Assembly: GCA_965237525.1 (NCBI GenBank)
Contig: CBDEFO010000008.1
Location: forward strand, 1,824,001 to 1,888,000
Length of the DNA: 64,000 nt
Source: Candidatus Latescibacterota bacterium
GTDB taxonomy: Bacteria > Latescibacterota > CBDEFO01
Direction of reading: 5' to 3'
Below are positions 31,679 through 43,859 of the stretch, piece after piece. How positions within the stretch are numbered: position 1 is the first letter of the stretch; each line of letters opens with the position of its first letter. The notes below the pieces were generated by a model, which did not search any database, had not been told where the DNA came from, and saw nothing but the letters and a program-made list of their open reading frames with translations. The position numbers and the translations under genes are program-made.

Positions 31679-32269
31679 GGTAATCTCATACCGCTCCCAT
31701 GTCACCGTCAGCGGATTCATCCCCGTCCATCTATCCTACGACCCATGCGTCTTGGGGCTCACCCGCTAAGAGGCGAACAATGTTCAGGCTGTGACAGCCG
31801 CCTCCCGATATTTGGTTGGTCATATGATAATTGCTAGTGGTCAGATTCTTTCGGAATTTCCCATCATCTATCATTTCCCTTGCCTTCCACATGTAAGGAA
31901 GATCCTCACGTAGTCTTCCTAAGTCCAAACCTTTGCTGGTCAAAATTGTGTTGACTTATGCACGATTTTAAGGTAATCTCATACCGCTCCCATGTCACCG
32001 TCAGCGGATTCATCCCCGTCCATCTACCCTACGACCCATGCGTCTTGGGGCTCACCCGCTAAGAGGCGAACAATGTTCAGGCTGTGACAGCCGCCTCCCG
32101 ATATTTGGTTGGTCATATGATAATTGCTAGTGGTCAGATTCTTTCCGAATTTCCCATCATCTATCATTTCCCTTGCCTTCCACATGTAAGGAAGATGCTC
32201 ACACAGCTTCTCCAAGTCAGTACATTACTGGTCAAAATTATGTTGACTTGTGCACGATCTTAGGGTAAT
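31679..32269. repeat. Tandem duplication of a ~293-bp unit (oxidoreductase-like gene fragment plus promoter-like sequence)
   Basis: Units start at 31679 and 31972 and are near-identical; minus strand encodes YMWKAREMIDDGK..ISGGGCH. Confidence 0.9.
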
Positions 32270-32342
32270 TTGAATCCTTGCGCGGCACAGCTCATCTCTA
32301 TGTTTTAGTAGGCAGGAATTCGGTTATGATGCCTAAAAAGGT

Positions 32343-32726
32343 ATGATGCCTAAAAGGACAGATAAAGACATGGGACGTTTCTTTCTGAGGATCCTCCTCG
32401 TTCTACTTGCGGTGAACGCTGGTTGCTCAAAGGGTGAGGATGGACGAGCAGGAGAGCACATCGGCGAAGAGGAGCTTGCCGACATAATCGTGGACATGGC
32501 GAAAGCTAAAGACGAATATCGCTCAGATGAGGAGGCTCTCACAAAGAGAGAAGAAGCTCTCAAAAAGAGACTGGAGGCTATACTAAGGGAACGAAGTATT
32601 TCTTGGGCTGACATAGAAAAGATCATGGGGGATTTGAGGAAGGATCCTAAAAGATGGGAAAGGGTCCTGACAACTGTCCAGACAAAATTGCAGATGGAGT
32701 CTAAAACAGTGAACAGCAAACAGTAG
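32343..32726 (+). CDS. Small helical lipoprotein (DUF4296-like)
   Basis: Hydrophobic signal with LAVNAGC lipobox; helical charged body. Confidence 0.65.
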   Translation: MMPKRTDKDMGRFFLRILLVLLAVNAGCSKGEDGRAGEHIGEEELADIIVDMAKAKDEYRSDEEALTKREEALKKRLEAILRERSISWADIEKIMGDLRKDPKRWERVLTTVQTKLQMESKTVNSKQ

Positions 32727-32949
32727 ACAGTAGACGGCGAAAGGCAATTGCAAGTAGATAGCATACGGAAGAGGTGTCAGACAAACGTATTGGCCTCAAG
32801 ATTACGTGCCATAGTTTTTCTCTTGCTCTAAGTAGAGGCATCGGATATATTAGTTATAAGGTTTGGCTGGGGACAAAGTTCAAAGATCGCGAGCTGAATT
32901 CCTTCGAGATAAGCTGCAAAATTAAGAAAGTTTTGAGAGGGGACTACTG

Positions 32950-33690
32950 GGGCTGAAGAAAGAGAAACTCGTCATTTAAATATCGGCGCCACCGAGCGCG
33001 TCCGCCGATATAAGGAATTTTACGGAGGCTGTGTCTCAGACGCGCTTTCACGCTGTGGCGTGCCGGATACTGTGCTGTCACCGAAGTTTTATGCGTTGCG
33101 AGAGGACATGATCCTTGCGGGCGAGGCTCTAACCGTCAAGCTCCATTCCCACCTTGGAGAGATCATGACGGGTGAGGAGAAGAAGGCTCGCGATGAGGAG
33201 TGGGGACGGATCGGTTCACCCCAAAAACGTATGATGAGGTCGGTCTATGCGGGCGCTGTCATCTGCTTCGACACCGGTAGCGACTTTCAGCTAGCGCACT
33301 TTGGAGAGATGAGTTGCATGCTGGCCCAGGCACACGGTTGTACAGGGATGCTAATTGTCGGCAACATCCGGGATACTCGATACGTTTTGAAGATGGAGGA
33401 TTTTCCTGTATATACTAATGGGCACGCGGCCAAACGCCTTTGGCGGGTGGGGGGTTACGCACATCCAGCAGCCGATATTTCTCCCCGGGCACCTTACGCA
33501 CTACGTCCGGGTGAATCCCGGAGATTTCATCTTTGGGGACACAGACGGTGTCCAGATCATCCCTGTGGAGTTCACAGATGAGGTTATGCTGATCTGCGAG
33601 GAAATAGTTGAAAAGGAGAATGAGGAGCGCCGCCTCATCAGGGAAGGTATGCCCATAGATGAGGTGTATGTCCCCTATGGAGACCTATAG
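32950..33690 (+). pseudogene. RraA family gene with frameshift and no clear start codon
   Basis: VSDAL, HFGEMS, GNIRDT in one frame; VNPGDFIFGDTDGV in the next; extra A near 33417. Confidence 0.8.
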
Positions 33691-33692
33691 GG

Positions 33693-34397
33693 GTGCATGC
33701 CAAGTTCTCTGTGAAAGGAAGTGCAATCGTGGTTCTTATCTTGGTAGCTATTCTAACAATGGCAAGCTCTCAAGATACTTGGGGGCAACTGGCCGAGCCG
33801 TCGGCTAAGTTCACTATAGCTCGGTTGAAATACGAGGGCGGAGGGGATTGGTACAACGATCCTGATATAATTGGGAATCTCTTGAGATTCATCGGAGAAA
33901 ATACGAACATCAAAACGGTAAACGATGAGGCGAGGGTCGAGATAGGGGACGAAGAGTTCTTTTCCTATCCGTTCCTGTTTATGACAGGGCACGGGAATAT
34001 ACTTCTGACACAGGAGGAGATACCGAGGCTCAGGGAATATCTGGAAAGAGGGGGATTCTTATATGCGGACGATGACTACGGGATGGATGAGTCGTTTCGA
34101 AGGGAGATAAAACGTGCACTCCCGGATAAGGAGCTTGTAGAGCTTCCGCCGTCATACGGACTCTTTGAATGTCACTTCAGCTTTCCGGGGGGACTGCCTA
34201 AAATACACGAACATGACGGAAAGCGTCCCCAGGCGTTCGGAATATTTCATGAAGACAGGTTAGTTGTTCTCTACACTTACGAGACGAACATCAGCGACGG
34301 ATGGGCGTCTCCTGATGTACACAAAGATTCTGAAGCAAAGCGGAACGCGGCTTTGAAAATGGGAACTAATATAGTAGTATGGGCGCTCACACATTAA
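33693..34397 (+). CDS. DUF4159 domain protein
   Basis: LKYEGGGDWY, YPFLFMTGHG, GGFLYADDDYG, PKIHEHD, MGTNIV. Confidence 0.9.
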   Translation: MHAKFSVKGSAIVVLILVAILTMASSQDTWGQLAEPSAKFTIARLKYEGGGDWYNDPDIIGNLLRFIGENTNIKTVNDEARVEIGDEEFFSYPFLFMTGHGNILLTQEEIPRLREYLERGGFLYADDDYGMDESFRREIKRALPDKELVELPPSYGLFECHFSFPGGLPKIHEHDGKRPQAFGIFHEDRLVVLYTYETNISDGWASPDVHKDSEAKRNAALKMGTNIVVWALTH

Positions 34398-34437
34398 AGA
34401 ATGTAGATAGTAGCCAGGGGCACCGCCTCTCCTCCTT

Positions 34438-35440
34438 GAGATTGCTTTGGGCGAATGCCCCTCGCAATGACCGAAGGACATATTGCTTCGGGCGAGTGTC
34501 CCTTGCAATGACCGAAGGACATATTGCTTCGGGCGAGTGTCCCTTGCAATGACCGAAGGACATATTGCTTCGGGCGAGTGTCCCTTGCAATGACCGAAGG
34601 ACATATTGCTTCGGGCGAGTGTCCCTTGCAATGACCGAAGGACATATTGCTTCGGGCGAGTGTCCCTTGCAATGACCGAAGGACATATTGCTTCGGGCGA
34701 GTGTCCCTTGCAATGACCGAAGGACATATTGCTTCGGGCGAGTGTCCCTTGCAATGACCGAAGGACATATTGCTTCGGGCGAGTGTCCCTTGCAATGACC
34801 GAAGGACATATTGCTTCGGGCGAGTGTCCCTTGCAATGACCGAAGGACATATTGCTTCGGGCGAGTGTCCCTTGCAATGACCGAAGGACATATTGCTTCG
34901 GGCGAGTGTCCCTTGCAATGACCGAAGGACATATTGCTTCGGGCGAGTGTCCCTTGCAATGACCGAAGGACATATTGCTTCGGGCGAGTGTCCCTTGCAA
35001 TGACCGAAGGACATATTGCTTCGGGCGAGTGTCCCTTGCAATGACCGAAGGACATATTGCTTCGGGCTCCCTTGCAATGACCGAAGGACATATTGCTTCG
35101 GGCGAGTGTCCCTTGCAATGACCGAAGGACATATTGCTTCGGGCGAGTGTCCCTTGCAATGACCGAAGGACATAATGTCATTAGCGAGCGCCCCCGATTG
35201 AATCTATCGGGGGGAAGCAATCTCGTAGACAGTGTAGTCAAGAAGGAGCAGAGTGTCCCTTGCAATGACCGAAGGACATATTGCTTCGGGCGAGTGTCCC
35301 TTGCAATGACCGAAGGACATATTGCTTCGGGCGAGTGTCCCTTGCAATGACCGAAGGACATAATGTCATTAGCGAGCGCCCCCGATTGAATCTATCGGGG
35401 GGAAGCAATCTCGTAGACAGTGTAGTCAAGAAGGAGCAGA
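34438..35440. repeat. 41-bp tandem array (21 units in blocks of 18 and 3) derived from a GAGATTGCTTCG..GCAATGAC repeat element
   Basis: Unit TCCCTTGCAATGACCGAAGGACATATTGCTTCGGGCGAGTG; one unit lacks 5 bp; no spacers. Confidence 0.95.
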
Positions 35441-35478
35441 GGGAATCCATGTATGCTGTCTACTAATATAGGGGATCC

Positions 35479-38253
35479 ATGATGTCCTTCAAGCATCTTT
35501 TATTCTTTTTCCTTTCTCTTTTGCTTGCGGGCAATACGCAGGCACAGACTCAGCTCACTTTAGATCGCGACCGGCTTGAAGTCATAGAGGAACAGACGGA
35601 GTCACTTGCGAACCGCCTTCTGGAACTGTCCATAGCGACTCGCCAAAAAGATCTCGATCAGATCGCAGATTTCTTTGCAGATTCGTTATTAGCGATCCCC
35701 CTTCCGACCGAACCCGAGGATCTTGTGCATCAAGTCAAGTGGATCTACAAGCACGGCTGGAAGATTCAAAAGGAGGCTTTGAGGTTGTCTTTGAGCGCTT
35801 TTTTGAAGGATTGGGGGGTGTTTTTGAACCACTTCTCTGAGATTGATGACGCTCGATTCAAGGTCAAGAAGGCTACGTTTGACGACAGGGGCGCTCAGGC
35901 CAACGTCTATTTCTATCTGGTCGGCAGGGACGCTGAGGGCCTGAGAGAGTGGGCAAGGGGATATGCCTCTGTACATGCTCAGGCTTCGGAGGAGGGCAAC
36001 TGGAAAATCAGCCAGTTCGTACTCGAGAGTCTTGAATCCCTGGTGTCCACCATTGAGCTCTTTTCCGAAGTGGGTGGTCCGGCAGGTGTTGCGGCCTTCT
36101 TCCCGGTCTATGGATCGAGCCAAAACCGGGGTTTCGTCTGGCACGGGGCAGCGGCAGCGGACGTGGACCTGGATGGGTTGATGGACATCTTTGCGACCGG
36201 TATCTTCGAGAACTATCTCTATTTAAACGAGGGCAACGGGCGCTTCCGCGACGCTTCTGCTCAAACGCAGACCAAGATTTTGCCCAAAGCCACGACCCCG
36301 CTCTTTTTGGATTATGACAACGATGGGGATCAGGACCTGTTCCTCTCCTCGCCACAAAATCAGATGTTGCTTGAAAACCGGCTCATACCGGAAGGGAAGC
36401 TCGAATTTTTCGACGTGTCGTTGCAGTCGGGGATCGGGCTTGTTCCGGCAATAGGGTTCAGCGCCATCGCCGGTGACGTCAATGGGGACGGTCGGCCGGA
36501 CATCTACGTTTCGTCTTACAACAGGTACGGTCAGGTGATGCCGAATTCGTGGCATCGCGCCACCAACGGGACTCCAAATCTGTTGTTCATAAATAAGGGC
36601 AACGGCGAATTTGTGGAGTCCGCAAAGGAATGGGGTGTAGATGACGGCCGTTGGAGTTACGCCGCTGGATTTGTGGATATAGACGAAGACGGGGATATGG
36701 ACATCTACGTTGCCAACGATTTCGGCGAAAATGGTCTCTACTTAAACCACGGTGATCGCTTTGTCGATGTGGCGGTTTCTTGGGGAGTGCTGGACCCAGG
36801 AAACGGCATGGGGGTCTCTTTCGGTGACTACGACAACGATGGGGATCAGGACCTCCACGTGACCAATATGTCCTCGACGGCGGGAAATCGGATTCTCGGG
36901 AGACTCTTTCCCAGTGTGAGCCGGGAGACTGGCGTCCTGGTTAAGCTGGCTTCGGGAAACAGCCTCTATGAAAATCTGGGGAACGGCCAGTTCAAGGACG
37001 TTACATCGGCTGTTGGGGGCTTTTCATCGGGCTGGGCGTGGGGCGGTGGATTCATCGACTTCGACAACGACGGCTGGGAGGACATCTACACCCCCAACGG
37101 GTTCATTTCGGGAAAGTCAATGAAGGATACGTGAAGTCTCTTCTGGCGCCACGTGGTGGCGTCTAAGGCAGGAGTCGAGCAGGCGGGCAGCAACACTTTC
37201 ACAGAGCGGCAAAACAAATTGTTCGGACAGGGGTTTTCGTTCAGCGGCTTCGAGAGAGATGCACTCTACCTCAACCTGGGCAGCAAGAAATACTTGAATA
37301 TCTCCGGTGTCTCAGGTATAGATTCGATTACTGATGGAAGGGGAGCTGTCTTCGCCGATTTCGACAACGATGGCGACACAGACATCTTTTTGACCACTAT
37401 CCAGGGAGAGGCTCACCTGCTCTTTAGAAATAATCTTTCCGAAGATGACTCCTTCATTCGTGTCACCTTGGAGGGCGTAGAGAGCGGGAAAGACGCCTTC
37501 GGAACCCTGGTGAGAGTCAAGACCTCCGCCGGCGTCCTCACCAAAGTCAAATCGGGAGGGGCCGGATACCTCTCCCAGAGCGACCCGCGACTTACCTTCG
37601 GTCTCGGCTCAGATGCGAAAGCCGAGTGGGTCGAGGTTGTGTGGGGTTCGGGCCTGGTGCAGAAATTTGAGAATATCCCACAAGGCTCTTCCATGAAGAT
37701 TACCGAAGGAGATGAGCAGGTGCGATGGATTGAGGAGAAACGATTCCAGCTGCCCGAGCCTATCAGGCCACAGGAGACCCGCCTGATGTCCTTGAGGATC
37801 AAAAAGGGGGGACAGTTTCCGAATCTTGCGCTGTCTTTATTGGACGGCGAAAGGACTTCCCTGCAAAGTTCTTCGATACTTTTGGGTGATCCCATACCGG
37901 GACGAAAATACCTTGTGAATCTGTGGGCAACGTGGTGCCTGCCATGCGCCAAAGAGATGCCGGAGTTGCAAAAACTCTATGCTCGCAACATCGATAATCT
38001 TGAGATTATGGGTATCAGCCTGGACCACGAACCGGCACAAGACAAGGTCAAGAGCTTTTTGAGCGATCACGGTATCCAATACCCGATCTATTTAAGCGAT
38101 GAGAACATAATCGAGCAAATCTATGCCACAGACGAGGTCTTCATTCCCCTATCTTTTCTGCTTGACGAGAGCGGCAAAGTAATGGAGATCTTCTCCGGAT
38201 GGTCTGAGGAGGTCAGGGAGAGATTGATTGAACAAGTAGACAGCAAACAGTAG
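35479..38253 (+). CDS. Probable secreted selenoprotein: FG-GAP/CRTAC1 propeller + ASPIC-UnbV + TlpA-like thioredoxin, UGA at 37132-37134
   Basis: ORFs 35479..37134 and 37153..38253 are in the same frame separated only by TGA; DxDxDG repeats occur on both sides; WATWCLPC; SECIS-like hairpin follows. Confidence 0.7.
37135..37167 (+). promoter_or_regulatory. Candidate bacterial SECIS element
   Basis: Stem GGCGCCAC/GTGGCGTC with GTG loop beginning 18 nt after the UGA. Confidence 0.6.
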
Positions 38254-38343
38254 ACAGGGGCACCCATCTCCCCTCCCTATGTGCTGTTTATTGAGGTAGG
38301 TAGGTATACCCTGTATCCTGTCTACTGTTTTGAGGTGTCGGCA

Positions 38344-41300
38344 ATGTCAGATTCGGCGGAAAAGACATATCGGGAGCTTTTGGAGAGGCTCAGGAGGTTA
38401 AGAATCAGGGAGATGAGTCTCGGGGCCTCCTTCGGGACAGCTTTGTGTCTTCTGGTTGGCCTTTGCATCGGGTCGCTCTGGATGGCCGTAGAGATCTTGT
38501 TCTATCTGCATCCAGTGGCAAAGATGCTTATGCTGTCTCTTACTGCCGCGACTGCGGGCTCTGCCTTTGTGTACTTCTCCATCTTCCACGCCTTCAGGAA
38601 GAAGTCGCCGCAGGACATGGCTCTGAAGGTGGAATCTGTGTTCCCGGAGTTCAAGCAGACCTTGATAGGTGCACTTCAACTCTGGGACAAAAAGATGGAG
38701 AATCCAGAGGGCTATTCACTGGATATGATCGACCGGACTGTGATAAAGGCGGGAGACTTATCAAAGGATGTGGAATTTGAGAGCATCGCAAGTGCCGCAA
38801 AGATAAGGAAGACAGTTGTGATCCTATCTGCGCTCATGGGTTTGGTCGCCCTCTTTGTATTTCTGTTTCCGTCTCAGTTTAAGGGAGCGCTGTACAGGAC
38901 TTTTCACATCACCACCGCCTTTGCAAAGCCTCCAGAGACGTTTCTGCACGTGGAACCCGGAGATATGGAGGTTGTGAAGGGTGCGGACGCCTCTATACTC
39001 ATACAGTTGGAAGGGAAACTTCCCGACCAGATCAGCGTGCTCTCCAAAGAGCCCCTGGCAAAGAGATGGAAAGAGGCAGACGTAGAGATTTCGATGGCGG
39101 ATAGCTTCTTCCAGTTGCAGCTGAAGCTCGGCTTTGTCTATGCTTTTAAGGAAGTAAGCCGGACTATCGACTACTATGTCAAAGCCGGCGACGGAAAGAG
39201 TCATAGTTTTCGAATCAATGTGATCGACCGTCCGATGGTCAACAAGATCACGGCGCAATACGAGTATCCCGCATATACGGGTCTTCCCGCCAAAGTGGCA
39301 GAGGGTGGGGATCTATCGGCACTTATCGGGACTGAAGTTGAGCTTTCTATCTGGGCGAGCAAACCCTTAAGGGGGGCCTTCCTGATCTTGGGAGATGGAA
39401 CAAAGATCAAGGCTACCCTGGAAAACAGGACCGCGAGACTGGGCTTCGAGATAAAAAAGGACGACACTTATCACATTCGGTTGTTGGATTTGGAGGGTCT
39501 TGAAAACTCTGAGCCCATAGAATACAGTATATACGCCCTGAAGGACGAATCGCCCGTAGTCAGAGTCGCCTATCCAGGGAGCGATACTGACCTTGGAGAT
39601 AATATGGTACAGCCGCTTACAATAGAGGCGTCCGACGACTTCGGGATATCGAAGATGAATATCATCTGGAGACTGAACGAGGATCCGAGGCTAAGACGTC
39701 GGGAAGTACCTCTGCTCTCTGGAGGAAGGAAAGAGGTTAAAGAAGACTATCTGTGGGATCTATCGGATATGAATCTGCTGCCTGAAGATAGGATATACTA
39801 CCGCGTTGAGGTCTATGACAACGATGAAGTCTCAGGGCCCAAAAGAGCCCAAAGCGAAGAGTTTGTCGTGAGACTTCCCTCTGTCCATGAGATATTGGAG
39901 GAGGTCGAAAGGACGCAGGAAGAGCAGACAATGCAGATGGAGGGGATAGCAAAGGAAAGCCGTGCGATCAAGGAGAAGTTAGAGGAGATAAAACGTGAGC
40001 TTTTGAAGGGTGTGCAGTTAGATTGGGAGGAAAGGAAGGATATCGAGTCTCTTGTGAATAGACAGATGAGAATGGCTGAGGAGATGAACAAGCTTTCCGA
40101 GAAGATGGACGAAGTGACGGAGCAATTAGAAAAGAGCGGGTTATCTGCGGCGGAGACTCTGCAGAAGATGGCTCAAATAAGGAAGCTTATGTCGGATGTA
40201 GCGACCCCTGAACTAATAGAGGCTATGGAGAATTTGAGGGAGTCTCTGAAAGACCTGGATCAACGGCAGATAGAGCAGGCCATGAAGGATTTTTCGATTA
40301 CACAGGAGGAATTTGGCAGGAGGCTCGACCGCACTATCGCTATCTTGAAGAGACTTCAGGTGGAGCAGAAGATAGATGCCGCTATCAAGGCTGCAGAGGA
40401 GCTGACAGAAAGACAGGAAGGGATAAACGAGCAGATCAAAGATAACAAAAAAGAAGAGTTGGCAAAGGAGGAGGAAGCGATATCCCAAGATACGCAAAAG
40501 CTCCAGAAGGACATAGAAGATCTGGCGGATGCCATAAGGGAAATCTCCGAGCAAAGTCAGGTCGCAAGTTTGGCTGATTCGATTTCTAAAGGGATGGCAA
40601 GGCAGAAAATACCCTCTCATATGCTCCAGATGGCAGAGTCTTTAAGGTCGAGTGATGGCAAGTCGGCTGAATTGCAGGGAGAAAGGATAGTTCAAAACCT
40701 GGAGGATCTATCCTTTGGCCTAAGAAAAATGCAGGAGTCCTTTCTGAAAAGCCAGAAAGCCGAGCTTTTCAGCGAGATCAGGAAGTCCATGCGGGACCTT
40801 CTGTATCTATCTTATCGTCAGGAGGACGTGATTGCAGACGGCAAAGATAGCAGGGATTACGCCAAAGATACAAAGATACAGCGAGAGCTTGCAGAGGTTC
40901 AGCAGTCCCTCTTTTCGGGGACTTCCAAAATCGCTGACAGGCTCTTTGAAACATCTCAAAAGACGTTCTTCATCACCCCTTCTATAGGAAGAGCTTTAGG
41001 AGAATCTCTGGAAAGGATGAAAGAGGCCACCTCCTTGCTTGAAAGAGGAAACGGAAGATTGGCGTCGAGCCATCAAAGGAAGGCCATGTCCTCCTTAAAT
41101 GAGACGGTTAATCTCCTCAGAGGGGCTATGGGGGACATATCGTCGTCTGAATCGGGAACGGGGTTTCAGGAGATGTTAGAGCAGATGAAGGCGTTGTCGC
41201 AACAACAGCAGGGCGTAAACCAGGGGACAGAGAGCCTGTTCGGTGGGGGACAGATGGGACTTTCTCCAGAGCAGCAAGCGGCCAACAATGCTACCATGAT

Positions 41301-41736
41301 GGCTCAACTTCTGGCGCAGCAGGAGGATATAAGAAGGGCAATCGAGGGACTTCAAAGGGCGATGGAGCAGAAAAGGGGTCTCCTGGGAAGACTCGACAAA
41401 ATAGGCACGGAGATCGAGGAGGTCACCAGAGACCTTGCAAGCGGAAGGATAAGCAGAAGGACCATCGAAAGGCAAAGAGACATACTCTCCAGGATGCTGG
41501 ACGCCCAAAGGTCGATATACGAGAGGAGCTACAGCAGGAAGAGACAATCTAAAGAAGGAAAGGACACAGATTATCAGGGCTCTGGCAGTCTGCCGGAGGA
41601 TCTGGGACAGAGGAGAAATCTTTTGAGAGAATATCTCCTCAAGGCCTTAAAGGAGGGCTATTCTCAAGAGTATATCAATTTAATACGAAAGTATTTTGAG
41701 TCACTATCTATAGATCAAGTAGACAGTATACAGTAG
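38344..41736 (+). CDS. DUF4175-like membrane-anchored Ig plus coiled-coil protein
   Basis: N-terminal TMs, YPAYTG, ASDDFGIS, YDNDEVSGPK, long Q/E/K coiled coil, ILSRMLDAQRS. Confidence 0.8.
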   Translation: MSDSAEKTYRELLERLRRLRIREMSLGASFGTALCLLVGLCIGSLWMAVEILFYLHPVAKMLMLSLTAATAGSAFVYFSIFHAFRKKSPQDMALKVESVFPEFKQTLIGALQLWDKKMENPEGYSLDMIDRTVIKAGDLSKDVEFESIASAAKIRKTVVILSALMGLVALFVFLFPSQFKGALYRTFHITTAFAKPPETFLHVEPGDMEVVKGADASILIQLEGKLPDQISVLSKEPLAKRWKEADVEISMADSFFQLQLKLGFVYAFKEVSRTIDYYVKAGDGKSHSFRINVIDRPMVNKITAQYEYPAYTGLPAKVAEGGDLSALIGTEVELSIWASKPLRGAFLILGDGTKIKATLENRTARLGFEIKKDDTYHIRLLDLEGLENSEPIEYSIYALKDESPVVRVAYPGSDTDLGDNMVQPLTIEASDDFGISKMNIIWRLNEDPRLRRREVPLLSGGRKEVKEDYLWDLSDMNLLPEDRIYYRVEVYDNDEVSGPKRAQSEEFVVRLPSVHEILEEVERTQEEQTMQMEGIAKESRAIKEKLEEIKRELLKGVQLDWEERKDIESLVNRQMRMAEEMNKLSEKMDEVTEQLEKSGLSAAETLQKMAQIRKLMSDVATPELIEAMENLRESLKDLDQRQIEQAMKDFSITQEEFGRRLDRTIAILKRLQVEQKIDAAIKAAEELTERQEGINEQIKDNKKEELAKEEEAISQDTQKLQKDIEDLADAIREISEQSQVASLADSISKGMARQKIPSHMLQMAESLRSSDGKSAELQGERIVQNLEDLSFGLRKMQESFLKSQKAELFSEIRKSMRDLLYLSYRQEDVIADGKDSRDYAKDTKIQRELAEVQQSLFSGTSKIADRLFETSQKTFFITPSIGRALGESLERMKEATSLLERGNGRLASSHQRKAMSSLNETVNLLRGAMGDISSSESGTGFQEMLEQMKALSQQQQGVNQGTESLFGGGQMGLSPEQQAANNATMMAQLLAQQEDIRRAIEGLQRAMEQKRGLLGRLDKIGTEIEEVTRDLASGRISRRTIERQRDILSRMLDAQRSIYERSYSRKRQSKEGKDTDYQGSGSLPEDLGQRRNLLREYLLKALKEGYSQEYINLIRKYFESLSIDQVDSIQ

Positions 41737-41989
41737 ACAGGGCAACCCTGCCCTTCCCTGTTTACGAGATTGCTTGGCTTCGACCCTTAGTCATTGCGAG
41801 GGGCCAAACCCCGACCCCGTCAGGAGTTGCGAAGCAGAACTAACTCAAAGGTTGGGAGGTGGTGCCCCCTATCCACTACCTACTTAAAACTGATGTTTCC
41901 GGCGTTTTGACGTTTTTCCAAGGTGTATGTCCTTTTTTTCTCTCCCTATACTTTTTATCTCAAAAATTGCAAAGGAAAGTGGAAAACAT

Positions 41990-43762
<1,773 letters not shown>

Positions 43763-43859
43763 TAGATAAGTAGATAGTAGGTAGGGGTATATCCTCTTCT
43801 CCCTGTCTGCTCTCTATTTGTTTGGGACAAAAGATTTTGTTTAGGACAAAAAATATAGT

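Noticed and set aside
34438..35440. CRISPR array
   Set aside because: Units are identical end to end with no unique spacers and no cas genes are in the window.
34260..35466. Long repetitive ORFs across the 41-bp array
   Set aside because: They are open only because the repeat lacks stops on that strand; all three frames give the same permuted peptide.
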